A stretch of 64,000 bases of DNA. It comes from Chiloscyllium plagiosum (taxonomy: Eukaryota). Positions 11,786 to 24,097 of this stretch are shown in pieces. The notes under the pieces were generated by a model. It had not been told where the DNA came from and searched no databases. It was given only the letters and a program-made list of their open reading frames with translations. Numbering within the stretch: position 1 is the first letter of the stretch; each line of letters opens with the position of its first letter. The translations under genes were made by a program, and so were the position numbers. The stretch is taken from positions 97,823,300-97,887,299 of the forward strand of contig NC_057718.1 of NCBI RefSeq assembly GCF_004010195.1. The letters are read 5' to 3'.

Positions 11786-12389
11786 AAAAAAAGAAATCAA
11801 ATGAAGGAAGGACTGTGTTTGGGCTGGAATGGGGAAGTCTATAGATGAAGAAAGAGTTGGTGGCAACATCCGAAGAAAATGGCAATTAGACAAGTAAAGA
11901 AACAATGGAGAGGAGGTGGAAATGCCAGAAAAACGAACAGCTATCTGCTGAAAATAAAACCAATAAAGACAAAACGGAGCCTAAAATTTGAAAAGCAAAC
12001 AAAATAAAATGGGAGGGAAGGATTTGGTGTATGAGTGGGAGAGCTTTCAGCTTGCAAAGCACTTTGAGACAACGAGAAAGCATGATATGAGTGTCTTTTT
12101 AATGTTTCAGTCCCGCTGGTAACTTCAGACATTGTACAGGGTGTGGTTTAGTAATAAAGTAGCATAGTGAACATCAAACAGCAAAATATCAAAACCAGCA
12201 TTTACACAGAAAGGGCCCATTTCTTGAATGTTGTCCTCTGCCAGGAAAAAGTGTGGCCTTTGAAATCATGGACGAGTTTTGCACTGGGTATTTGAATAAC
12301 ACTGGAAGTACATGGCAGATCTCATGAAAGCAAATATGGCAGCCAATTTTTTTTTCCACATCAAAGTTCCTATGACTAAAGGGGTCAAT

Positions 12390-12580
12390 GTCTTGTTTTG
12401 GAGAGAGTTAAAGTTTCGAGCCCAGACTGAGTCTGCTTCAGAACAGACTCCAAACAAATCATAACAAAGTTGGAAAGTTAACTCCGTTTCTGTCTCCACA
12501 GATGCTGCCAGACCTGCTGAGTTTCTCCATCACCAACTGTTTTTGATTCACATTCCCAACATCCGCAGTATTATATTTTT
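12390..12580. mobile_element. PLE family-3 fold-back remnant
   Basis: GAGTTAAAGTTTCGAG...CTTCAGAAC then GAAAGTTAACTCCGTTTCTGTCTCCACAGATGCTGCCAGACCTGCTGAG. Confidence 0.65.
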
Positions 12581-13071
12581 ATTGTTTTGTTTAGCTTTGA
12601 TTGTTTCGCCTGTTTAAATGGATGCAGAGGACAGATCAGGGTAAACAGTTTAAGAAGCAGCCACAGTTCAGATGCTGTTATAATGTTAAAAGTGTCAACG
12701 CACAAGTTACAGACTGGGAAGAAAGATTTGTCAAATGTGAAGAACACTTTGATTGTTTCAGTTGGCACATGACTTGCAGTTCCTTTTAAATCTGAGAGGT
12801 AGGATAATGAAGAAATTGCCAATAACCCTCCACTGCGATATGAAAGAGATGCTGTGTTCAACTAAAAAGAGTCAGTTTTTCAAAACTGCTCAAATTGAAC
12901 TGTTGAGAGAGAAAATCCAAGGAACATTTGGAATGACTTTGTGGTAATAAATTCAAGGAAGAGAAACACTGCCATCCAAAAATGCTTCACAACTGAAGAA
13001 CATAACTCTCAGAGATGAGGATGTTTTATTATTTTGTCGATTGGATAATCAATATATGGAAAGTGAACAGT

Positions 13072-13572
13072 GTCGAGAGTGTGGTGCTGGAAAAGCACAG
13101 CAGGTCAGGCAGCATCCGAGGTGCAGGAGAATCGATGTTTCGGGCAGGAGCCCTTCATCAGGAATGAGGTTTGTGAGTCGGGGCTGAGAGATAAGTGGGA
13201 GGGTGGGGTGGGGTTGGGGGGAGGTAGCTGGGAAAGCGATAGGTGAATGATGGTGAGGGAGGTAGGTCAGAGGGGCCAGTGATGGACGGGTCCGGAGGGT
13301 GGTGCCAAGTTGGAGGCTTGGGAACTGGGATAATGTGGGGGGAGGGGAAATGAGGAAGCTGATGAAATCCACATTGATCCCGTGTGGTTGCAGGGTCCCA
13401 AGGCGGAATATGAGGCATTCTTCCTCCAGGCGTCGGGTGATCATGGTTTGGCGATGGAGGAGGCCCAGGACCTGCATGTCCTTGACAGAGTGGGAGGGGG
13501 AGTTGAAGTGTTAAGCCATGGCGGGGTGGGGTTGGTGGGTGCGAGTGTCCCAGAGATATTCTCTGAAACATG
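13072..13572 (-). mobile_element. 5'-truncated Penelope-like element family 1: GIY-YIG endonuclease C-terminus plus pLTR
   Basis: Minus frame FREYLWDTRTHQPHPAMA*HFNSPSHSVKDMQVLGLLHRQTMITRRLEEECLIFRLGTLQPHGINVDF; hammerhead motif at ~13128-13165; TSD AGTGAACAGT at 13062-13071 and 13575-13584. Confidence 0.88.
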
Positions 13573-13649
13573 AGAGTGAACAGTCCTATAAAAATTTACA
13601 GAAACAGAAAAGAAAGGATAGGGCTTTTTCTTGACCATTGGGCAAGTCA

Positions 13650-13990
13650 GAATGCTTTCTACACAACAAATTATATTTCAAAGTGTTGCTGAGTGGAAAA
13701 CATGTTAGGAATTTGCACACAGCAAGATCCCACAAATAGCAAAGTGATAATGTCTCGATAGTCCATTTATTGTCATTGTTGATTAAGGGAGAATTTTGAC
13801 CAGGCCAGCTGGATAATTCTTTGTGTTTTCTTTAAAAAACGTGTCATGGGATTTTTCACATCCAGTTAACTCGGCAGATGGAGCCTCTGTTTAACCTCTC
13901 ATCTGAAAGGTGGAACCTCAGAGAGTGTGGCACTCCTTCAGTGTGGCACTACGATGCCAGCCTTGGTTTACATTCTCAAGCCCTGGGCAC
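13650..13990 (-). mobile_element. Deu-domain SINE
   Basis: AATTTGCACACAGCAAGATCCCACAAATAGC...CATGGGATTTTTCACATCCA...GTTTAACCTCTCATCTGAAAG. Confidence 0.75.
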
Positions 13991-14006
13991 CTACTGGAGA
14001 TGAATG

Positions 14007-14322
14007 GTACGCGGTGGTACAGTGGTTAGCACTGCTGCCTCACAGCGCCGGAGACCCGGGTTCAGTTCCTGCCTCAGGCGACTCTCTGTGTGGAGTTTGC
14101 ACGTTCTCCCCGCGTCTGCGTGGGTTTCCTCCGGGTGCTCCGGTTTCCTCCCACAGTCCAAAGATGTGCAGGTCAGGTGAATTGGCCATGCTAAATTGCC
14201 CGTAGTGTTAGGTAAGGGGTAAATGTAGGGGTATGGGTGGGTTGCGCTTCGGCGTGTCGGTGTGGACTAGTTGGGCCGAAGGGCCTGTTTCCACACTGTA
14301 ATGTAATCCAATCTAATCTAAT
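14007..14322 (+). mobile_element. HE1-type SINE, young
   Basis: Close match to 4267-4604; CpG-rich; (AATCT)n tail. Confidence 0.92.
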
Positions 14323-14559
14323 ACTTCAGTGTTTGTCTTCTGCTTCATAAACTCATTTGGTGTTTTTAAACTGAAGTGAGTATGTGATCTTCCACTGCAT
14401 CAAAAGGCTAAAGTAAGACCTCACAGCAGTCCGGTCTATTCGGCTGGCTACACTTCATTGCCCTGGTTCATCAACAATAGTGAAACCTACATAATGGCGT
14501 CTTCAGATATGGCAACATATCTGTCTCCTTCCATGCCTGTTCATCAGATCCTTTCAGCA

Positions 14560-14998
14560 TATCAACCCATAAGAAACTGCAGCGAGTTGTGAACACAGCT
14601 CAGTCCATCATGCAAGCCATGGACTTCACCCATTGACTCCACCCACACTTCTCACTGTCTGGGAAAGGCAGCCAGCATTATCAAAGACCCCGCCCACCCC
14701 GGCTCTAATCTCTTCTGACCTCTTCTGTCAGGCAGAAGATACAAAAGCTTAAACACATGCACCAACAGATTCAAGAACAGCTTCTTCCCCGCTGTTAATA
14801 GAATTCTGAACTGACCACCCAAAGTTCAAATCTAACATTGATCTTGCATTTTCTGCACCTTGTTTGCAGCCGTAACTTTGTATTCCTCGCTCTGTTCAAT
14901 CACCCAATGACCTTTGTATGGTTGGATCTGTCTTACTGCATGCAAAACAAAACTTTTCACTGTATCTAGATACATGTGACTGTAATAAATTAAATCAG
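14560..14998 (+). mobile_element. Rex1/Babar-type LINE 3' end
   Basis: KKLQRVVNTAQSI...GKAASIIKDPAHPG..LF*PLLSGRRYKSLNTCTNRFKNSFFPAV. Confidence 0.8.
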
Positions 14999-15929
14999 TG
15001 GATGCTGGAGAAACACAGCAGCATCTGTCGAGAGAAAAACAGAGTTAATGTTTTTTGAGTCTATCATGATTTTCTTCAATGGAAGCTCTTTCCCTATGGG
15101 CTAAAGTCTCTGGATTACAAACTGAGCAACATCATAAATGGACCACTGTTGCTGACCAAGTGGAAAAGTGCTTTCTAATTAACATGTTCAAACCTGGTAA
15201 CACACTTATCTGGTACAGATGGGGTTTGAATCTGGGTCTCCCACCTCAGAAATAGGGACTGTACAGCCACAGCCCCCGATTAAGCGGCAGAGGTTAACGC
15301 AGAGGGAGTGGGGATTTGGAACTAAATGACTTGCTCTTTTGGAGATGGGCTCAATAGCCTCCCTCTGCGCTGTAAGATTGCCTTGAATTGCAGGTGCCAG
15401 CAACAACACTGGAATCTCAGTTAATGAAACCGGAACTTTGGTTATTCAGTAACCACAATGTAATTACTCTGGTAACAGCCTCCGATATTAGAATTGGTTT
15501 TAAGTTGGCGCTTGCTTTCTGAATGCACCGACCTTTCTACGGCTCTTTTCTGCAGCAAATCGATCTGCGTTTGCGAACATCATGAACAAATTCTGCACAG
15601 GGATTAACAAACAAAAACCCAAGAGGCCACTGTTGGCAAATGCAGAATGCAATGAAGTTTCTGTTCAATAATGGTAATGTCAAGGACATTTGAAAACAGC
15701 AAGGGGCTGGAGACAGGCTCACAGTCTGTGTGATGTTGGTTTACCGTGCACGGTGACAACAGGAAGATTTACCCGTTTGCACAGGAATGTAACATTTTTT
15801 TAAAAAAAAGCAACCCCTTGTTATTCCTTTATTTTCGAAAATGTGCAGAGCAATCCTAGACTTCTAGAACTGGAAATAAGTTTGTAAAAAATGTAATTTC
15901 TTTCAATATTAGATTAGCAAGTGCAATTT

Positions 15930-17860
15930 TAAATCACAAGACGTTAATTACTCGGGGTTAGTAATATGCTGCAGCGTTTCATTGCAACACGAGAGACCGG
16001 GATAAAATGCACACTGTACAGATGACGGTCCTGAATACACAATACGGTACTGAATTCTCTTTATATATCGCTAAGATAGCAAATCGTGTAAGGCAATGAC
16101 GTATGTATTTCCCAGTAATAGTGGTCACATGGCGTTTGAAAGGGAAAGGGGGACGGTCCAATTGGATTTCCTCTGCCGACTGCAGAGTTCCCACCGACGG
16201 GAGGATTTACAGTGAGAATTTCATTAACCTTGGCCGTGCAAGCGCTGTTTGCACCCAGCTGCTATAGCGCTGCATTCCCCGTCCAATCTTGGTGCATACT
16301 TAATACCAGCCCCGACCTCTTCCCTGGTCCCGTGAAGAAAAAGGGAAGGTTGGCACTGGGGGCTCCCAGATAAGGCGAGGGCGGCGGGATGGCTTTGGAA
16401 TCTAAGCCCTGGAATAACGTTAGTCCGGGATAATATAATCTTAGCCGGAATAATAGAATCTTAATCGAGGATAATAGAATCTTAGCCCAGGAATAATAGA
16501 ATCTTGGCCCGGGATAATAGAATCTTAGCCCAGGAATAATATAATCTTAGCCCAGGAATGATAGAATCTTAGCCCGGGATGATAGAACATTGGCCCGGGA
16601 TAATAGAACTTGGCCCGGGATAATAGAATCTTAGCCCAGGAATGGAACGTGGCGGTGCAGAGTGAAGCGAATCGGCAGCGGGCGCTTCTCTCAATATTTT
16701 GCAAGTCTTGGTACATCCCCCCCCCCTCCCCCCTCCGGTAGCGAGGAAAGTGCACGCTTTCCTTCATCATTTCCCTCTCCTCCTAACTTCTCCTGCTAAG
16801 ATTTTTTTTTTGCGTGTGTGTGGGGGGTGGGGGCGGGTGGGGAGTTTTGTGTGGAGGGGAAAGTCCGCTTCTCCAGTATGAGAGTGTGACTGAGGACAAC
16901 GTGTGTGACTGGGCAGCAGCCCTCCCATCACCACAGCAACCGGCTCCGCTGGAGTACGCCCACATCATCTCTCCCTGTCTGTTTGATGTAAGAAATCAGT
17001 TTTGTTTTACACTCTCTCTCTCTTTGTAATGCACGCCTATGTTTATGTATTAGTTCCTTCCTGACGCGGTGTCATTTGAAGCATTTTTTTTTCATGAACA
17101 GAGCAGTCTGCTGGGTGTGCGCGGCAGCTGCCTGTTTCTTGGGTGGGATTTTGCCGAATGCAAAACAGGACGGACCCAGCAGCTGTGTGGTTGACAGGTA
17201 GGCAAGCGTCTCTCCCTTCCTTCCTTGCCCCAGCCTCAGTGACCCGGTCAGCAATCGGCCACAGCGACGAGAGACCTAATCAATCCCCCCCCCCCCCTCC
17301 CCTCCTGTATTTTGCAAACTATAACTCAGTGCAATGCTGGTGTTGCTGCTCCCGTGGTCGAGGGCAGTGGAAAGTGCATGTTGCACGGCAGAGGTTGTCC
17401 AGACAAAGCCAAATCAATAACCCCTTCCTATTTTTGTTTTACTGATTGTTTTGGTGCAGCTACAACGAGATGGGTTTTTTTTTCCTTGCAACGATTAGCA
17501 ACCCCACAAAAAAAAAAGTCCCAGAGAGAGGGAGCTGCGTTGAGAGATAATGGGGCGAAGTTGCTGCAAAATGGTTGGTGACTGTTTGGCATCGTGGGTT
17601 AAGCAGGAGCCGGTTTGCCAATGAGTTTCAGACAGGGAGACACTATCAACTTGACAGCGCCGCCAGTGTTCTGGCTTGTGAGCCCCGTCCCCGTGCAAAG
17701 CCCGCACTTGATGACACTTTGTATTGACAAAGGATACTGGTCTGATTCCCTTCCCGCTTTAACTGCAGCCAGCGGCTCTCCACGACAGTTATTGCATAAA
17801 ATTTCATCATGCAACCGCCAATATTTCAAGCTCCAGTCAGACTTAGCCAGTTAATTCTAA
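15930..17860 (+). promoter_or_regulatory. CpG-rich promoter/first-exon region of an unidentified gene
   Basis: CpG visibly enriched relative to the flanks in non-repeat DNA; CACATGGCG (~16126), CCAATTGG (~16158), GGGGCGGG GC box (~16830), TGACGC (~17062); candidate donors GAT|GTAAGA (16988) and CAG|GTAGGC (17198); strand inferred from downstream exons. Confidence 0.65.
16398..16643. repeat. 20-22 bp minisatellite, about 10-11 copies
   Basis: Unit GG(A)ATAATAGAATCTTAGCCC(G/A) head-to-tail, no unique spacers. Confidence 0.95.
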
Positions 17861-18089
17861 CGTGTTTTTGCTTCTGATGGATTGACGTTTGCAAAATAAA
17901 AAAAAAACTGACTCTGGCAAGTTCACCTGAATAGTGAATTGGAAGAATTAATATTTAAAGTGCCTTGCAGTGTTTGAGAGATGCGTGCTGCTTTCTTAAC
18001 AATACATTTCAATTCAAGAGTCCTTAGTTTTAGTGTTTAATGGGTGATGTAACTGCCCAGGAGGCAGTTCAGATGGGGTTTTAAGACCA

Positions 18090-19925
18090 AAAGAAATAGG
18101 CATTGGAGTAGGCCATTTGGCCCCTTGACCTGCTCCACCAATCCATAGGACCATGGCTGATCCAACCACATTCCTTGCGTCCATTTTCTTGGTGTTGAGG
18201 AAGCAGGAAGGCTGCAGAAAAAACTTAGGGAGAGCGGGCAAAGACACGGCATATCTAATGCAACGTGGGAACGTGTGAGGTTATGCATTTTGGTGGAAAG
18301 AGTAGAGGCATAGAAATGGGGGAAATCTTCAGAAATCTGAAGCGCAAAAGGATTTGTGGTCCTAGTTCAGATTTCTATGAAGGTTAACCTGCAGGTTGAA
18401 TTGGCAGTTAAGAAGGCAAATGCAGTGTTCGCATTCAAGAGGGTTAGAATAAAAGACAAGAGATATACTGCTGAAGTTGGTTAAGGCTCTAGTTAGATTG
18501 TATGAGGAATACAATGATGAGTTTTGGGCCCTGTATCTAAGGAAGGATGTGCTGGCATTGGAGGGGTCCAGAGGAGGTTTACAAGAATGACCCGGGGATG
18601 AAGGGCTTGTCCTGTGAGGAACGGTTGAGGACTCTGGGTCTGTACTCGATGAATTTTAGAAGGATGAAGGGGGGAGTCTGTTTGAAACTTACAGAATACC
18701 GAGAGGCCTGGATAGAGTGGACGTGGAGAAGGTGTTTCCACCAGTAGGAGAGACTCGGACCTGTGGGCCCAGCCTCAGAGTGAAGGGATGACCTTTTAGA
18801 ACTGAGGAATGTCTTCAGCCGTTTCTTCCACCAATCTGTGAAACTCATTGACTTTCTAGGCTATGGAGGCCAAGCCATTGAATGTCTTTAAGGCTAGGAT
18901 AGGTTATTGATTATTGAGAAGGTCAAAGGTTATGGGGACAAGGCAAGAGAATGGGGATGAGAAACATATCAGCCATGATGGAATGGCAGAGCAGACTCAT
19001 TGGTCTAATTCTGCTCCTATTTCTTCCCCGTAACCCTTGATTTCCCGATCGATCAAGAATCGATCAACCTCTGATTTAAGTATACCCAAAGACTCTGTCT
19101 CCATAGCTCTGTGTGTCATAAGGAGTTTGAAAGACTCGCAACCTTTTGAGAGAATAAATTCCTCCTCACCTCAGTCTGAAATTAATGTCCCTTTGTTCTG
19201 AGACTTAAGGCTTCTGGTCCAAAGTTAAAAAATCTCACAACACCAGGTTATAGTCCAACAGGTCCAGGACTCTTCGATAAGGCAGGGAGCCTAACTTGCT
19301 GTGCTTTTCCACCACCACTCTAATCTAGACTCGGGTTTCCAGCATCTGCAATCCTCGTTTTTACCACGCAGATGTAAGGGGGAAACATCATCTCAGCATT
19401 TACCTTGTCAAGCCCCTTCAGAATCCTCTACCTTACAATGGGATCACCTTTCATTCTTCGAAATTGCAATGAGTAGGCTCCCAGCTTGGTTAACATTTGC
19501 TCCAAAGACAATTCCTGCATGCCATGGACCATCTCACTGAACTTTCTCCAGAACTGCCTCCAGTGAAAGATTATTTTCAGATTGATGCCTGGAATGAACG
19601 GCAAGTCTTTGGAGGATAAGTTGGATAGGCCGGGCTTCTTCCCACTGCAGTTTAGAAAAGTGAGAGGTGACCCGATGGAAGTGTAAATGCTCCTGAAATG
19701 CCTCCATAAGGTGGACGTGGAGTGTTAGTGGGTTGGGAAATCTCTGCCTCAGAAAATGGGATCATTGAATATTGTAAAAACAAAGATCGATTTGTGTTTG
19801 GGGGGGGCTGGGGGGGGGGCGCGGAGGTGGAGGCGTGGAAATGTGGCATTCAAAGCCCAAACAGATCCGCTGTGTTTTTCTAGAATGGTGAATCAAACAT
19901 GATGGGCTGAATGGTCTACATCTGC
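18090..19925. mobile_element. Cluster of CR1-type LINE fragments in both orientations
   Basis: Plus copy ~18250-19020 (PGMKGLSCEERLRTLGLYSM) inside a minus copy (18090-18170, 19020-19560); another plus copy ~19585-19925. Confidence 0.75.
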
Positions 19926-20091
19926 GTGGTAAAAACGTGGATTGCAGATGCTGGAAACCCGAGTCTAGATTAGAGTGGTGGTGGAAAAGCACAGCAAGTC
20001 AGGCTCCCTGCCTCTATTCCTGATGAAGGGCTTTTGCTCGAAACGTCAATTTTCCTGCTCCTTGGATGCTGCCTGACCTGCTGTGCTTTTC
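19926..20091. mobile_element. PLE family-1 fold-back cassette
   Basis: Inverted arms; TSD CATCTGC; hammerhead motif at 20016-20051. Confidence 0.82.
20016..20051 (+). ncRNA. Minimal type I hammerhead ribozyme motif (PLE family 1)
   Basis: ATTC CTGATGA A GGGC TTTT GCTC GAAA CGTC AATT: core complete, helix II with one G-U pair, palindromic ACGU helix III, GUC site; helix I weak; activity untested. Confidence 0.6.
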
Positions 20092-21189
20092 CATCTGCTC
20101 CTATTCTAAAATGTTTGTATGTAGACTGCTGTCTTTGCTGCATTTGGAATACCTGTTGTTCATTTTTCACTTGTGTTTCTGTAAGCTGGTATTTTTCCAG
20201 TGGCACTTCCATTAAATGCAGTGGTGCTCGTCATTCAATCAGAATATTGGTTATATTTTTAGGCCAGAATAGGTACAGAGATATCTTTGTAACTTTCCCA
20301 TGTTCCAGAGGCAATTGTTCATGTGCAAAGTAAATTAGGATTGTCCACAATGAAGTTTCATTTTCTATATTCTAGTTTTTCTATAGGATGAAACTTGGAG
20401 TGCTGAAATCAGCACCTTAAAAAAGATGTAGACGACTTTATTAAATGGAAGGACCTTTTGTAACAATTGAAAGTGCCTCAAGTTACTGAATTGCAATTTA
20501 GTCAAGTCACTCTTTCATTTTCAGACAGTTCACTTTCAAACAGATAGCAAAATGGAGTTTCTAACTGAAAATGAATCTCGCTCAGTGAAGGCTGTGCCCT
20601 TGTCATTGGCACCAGACTTTGTAATGCCTGTTGTGTTTTTTTTTCTTGTCGACTATAATTTTCAAGAGCAAACCAAAACAGCTGACAACTCTTAACATTT
20701 TGAGAATATATTTTGAAGTTTTTATTTGAGTCATCACTTCAGGTCAGATGGAGCTGTTAATAGTGAAGCAAATAAACACCATAATGTAAATATTACCAAG
20801 CTCATTCCTGATGGAAACCTTGTTTTGAAAAATCAATTTCAACCTGCTAATTTCAGGCCTGAGCTTACGGGAAAGTCCAGTCATAATGAAAGATTGCAGT
20901 AAACTAATTACTTTACACTGTGCTCTGAATGGACCAAATGTGGGTACCCGTGCATTTAATAGTTCGCATTATTTTGAAAATAGCTAAGTCAAATATAAAC
21001 ATTGGACAGAAAAAAAATTACATCAAGTTCTGTGAACCTCAGGTGCTATATTTCCTCATGACCAAAAAATCTGTGTAAAGTGTAAATAGCATCAAGCCTT
21101 CTGACAGTAATATTTGTGAGATCTTTTAGGGACAGCACTTAATTATAACAGAATTTATTGCTGTTTATTATAATTTAGTTAAATCTAAA

Positions 21190-21970
21190 CTTGACCCACA
21201 TCATTGTCTATTGCTGTCTTTCCCCATGTAATCCTCTCTCACTGTCTGCCCACCATTCTCTCTCCAAACTCTGTCACCACTCTGGCCCATGCTATCTTTC
21301 CCCTCTGCTCTTCAATTACAGTGTCTTCCCCTTTCCTCACTACTGTCCCTCCCTCTGCACTTCACTGTCTCTCTTCCTGCTTCTTTCTTACTGACTCTCT
21401 TGCCCATTCCTCGGTCACACTCTCTCCCTCCTCCCGACCCGTTTCTCACTCGCGCTCTCTCCCCTGTTCCCTACTCACTCTCTCTCTTGCCCAATGTTCC
21501 CCACTTGCTCTCTGCACCTCTCTCCCCCTGCTCCTCACTTGTGGTTCTCTTATCTTTTCCTCACTTGCTCTGTTTTCTCCTCACCATTCCTCACTCGTCT
21601 CTCTCTCTCTCTCTCTCTCTCTACTCCTTCTCATTTGTTCTCTCTCTGTTTCCCCACCCTTCTCCTCTTGCCTTCCTCCCTGTCTCCCTGTGAGCTGTGT
21701 GGCTGCATTTCTTGTCCCGCTCCCTTCACCCACCCTGGACTCCCCTGAAATCCTTTCCCTGCTTCTCTTATGCATGCTGTCTCCTCCTGCATGCACTCTC
21801 CCCACTCCTTCACACTCTCCTCCCTCTGGTCCTGTGCACTCCTCTGCCTTGCACCCCTCTCTCCTGCACACACTCCTCCTGCTCTCCCATTCTCCCCACA
21901 CCTATCTGTTGTGCACCATCTCTCCACTACCCTCTCTGCCTGTCCCTGTCACATGCTCTTCCCTCCCCCA
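21190..21970. repeat. CT-rich low-complexity tract with (CT)n core
   Basis: Strong pyrimidine bias on + strand; (CT)n at ~21599-21622. Confidence 0.92.
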
Positions 21971-23039
21971 GCCAAATTTAGGAATGCACAATCTTCTGTA
22001 ACAGATTTGTGGAAAAATCTGTCGTTCATAACTGGTGAACACCGACGGGAAAAGCTTAGACTTAAAAGCAACTGGTCAGAGTTGAGTCTGATTTTGTGGA
22101 TGCTGTTTCCCGATGCAGTGTGAAATATGACTTTGCCATGATCGCTGCAGTTTATCTCAAAGGATGAGTGCAGTTGCTGAAACACTTTCCCAATAAGAAA
22201 GGACGTTGGTATGATTTGACCCATTCTTGTCTGTTGTGGGGGGAAACTAGAATTGGTGGACACAGTTTAAGAATTAAATGCCTCTGTTTTTAGACGCGGA
22301 TTTTAAGCACTGTCTTGTCTCAGATGGTCATTAGTCCATGGAACTCCCCAGAAAGTAACAGAAGCTGTGTCATCTAATTAGATAGAATTTTGATAGACCG
22401 AGGGAGTTCAGAACTGTGAAGAAAGCAGGAGAGTGGGGATCAGACCACAAATAGCTCTCATTGAACGGTGGAGCAGGTGTACTCCCGCTCCCAAAGCCTC
22501 TGTTCCTTTGTCTAAATCTCTCACTGTATCCTTCAAACCGACCTGCAATGAATAAAAAGGGTAGATTAGTCACTGTGTTTCCAACTTATGATATTATTGG
22601 TACCTGTCGGACTCTACATCTGCAACTTTGCTTATTTGTAGTCAATTACATTACGGTTGAAACAACGTATTCATAATCAAATTAAGCAAAACAGCCTTCA
22701 AAGAAATTGCATCCAGATAACAGTGGGGAAAAAAAGCATGAAAGAGAAGCTTGCTTATTTACAAACCACAATCTGCTTCAATATTTGTTTTAAGTACTCC
22801 ACTAGCTGGCTTTTTGTTCCCTTAATAGCTGATGTAAAAATACTTGCATTAAAATTACTTGCGTCATTTACTTTTGTAATTTCACTTGCAGAAGGTATTT
22901 TTGGCTGAGAGTGTTTCTTGGTTTTATAATGGTGGTCGGAAATGCTATTTTAGAATTTTGTGATCACTGCAAGTAAAGTTGTCCTGATTGATACCGGTGC
23001 TAATAACATTGTCACTATATATGGTCTTTCCTTTTGCAG

Positions 23040-23127
23040 TGTATCAGTTTATAGCCAAAAGATACCAGAAGTCTGTGCCTTGATGTCTACTTTCTGATTT
23101 GATAAATAGCACTGTGGTGTAATATCA
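23040..23127 (+). other. Probable non-coding (5'UTR) internal exon, 88 nt
   Basis: Branch-like CTAATAAC at ~23000, acceptor TCTTTCCTTTTGCAG|, donor TCA|GTGAGT; stop codons in all three frames; unique sequence. Confidence 0.5.
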
Positions 23128-23389
23128 GTGAGTGTCCAGTTTTAGATGTCCCAGTTTCATTTTGCTTCCTTTGCACGCCTTTACTGCAATTCACCTTCAA
23201 AATGAAAATTACAAGGGCCCTTCTGTCAGTCGGAGCAACTATTTTGGAAGGAACATAGGAACAGGATTAGGCCATTCAGACCATCAAGACTTCCCCGCCT
23301 TTCACCACAATCACTGCTGATCAAAAATTTCAAGTGCCTTTAACCCCCCTCTTTCCCCCCCCCCCCCCCCCCCATCAGAAATCTATCAG

Positions 23390-24097
23390 TCCTGGGACCT
23401 TGGGTGCAGGTACATAGTTCCTTGAAAGTGGACTTGCAGGTAGACAGGATGGTGAAGGATTTGTATGCTTGCCTTTATTGGTCAGTGCATTGAGTATAGG
23501 AGTTGGGGGGGTCATGTTGTGGCTGTACAGATCAATGGTTAGGCCACTTTTGGAGTACTGCTTTCAATGCTGGTCTCCCTGCTATAGGAAAGATATTGTG
23601 AAACATGATAGGGTGCAGAAAAAAATTACAAGGATGTTGCCAGGGCTGGAGCATTTAAGGTGTAGGAGAGAGGGTGAATATGTTGGGGCTATTTTCTCCG
23701 GAACATCGGAGGCTGAGGGATGACCTTACAGAGGTTTTTAAAACCGTGAGGGGCATGGATGTGGTGAATAGGCAAGGTTTTTTCCTCAGGGTAGGGCTGT
23801 CAAAAATTAGAGGGCATAGGTTTAAGGTGAGAGGGGAAAGATTTAAAAGGAACCTAAGGGGCAACTTTTTCATGCAGAGGGTGGTGTATCTATGGAATGA
23901 GCTGCCAGAGGAAGTGGTGGAGGCTGGTATGATTACAACATTGAAAGAGGCATCTGGACGGGTACATGAATAGGAAAGGTTTAGAGGGATATGAGCCAAA
24001 TGCTGGCAAATGGGATTAGATAAATTTAGGATATCTGGTCAGCATGGACGAGTTGACAGAAGAGTCTGTTTCCTTGCTGTACATCTCTATGACTCTA
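23390..24097 (+). mobile_element. CR1/HER1-type LINE 3' fragment
   Basis: LYRSMVRPLLEYCFQCWSPCYRKD...RRLRDDLTEVFKTVRGMD...WNELPEEVV; tail. Confidence 0.92.

Noticed and set aside
12587..12947. Short overlapping ORFs in unique-looking DNA
   Set aside because: No recognisable domain and no convincing acceptor/donor pair
14007..14080. tRNA genes (A/B boxes here and at other HE1 heads)
   Set aside because: They continue into SINE body and tail; no complete cloverleaf or Pol III terminator
16398..16643. CRISPR-like array
   Set aside because: Units are contiguous with no unique spacers, no cas genes, vertebrate context
21204..22001. 265-aa and overlapping Leu/Ser/Pro-rich ORFs
   Set aside because: Artefact of CT-rich low-complexity DNA that lacks stop codons
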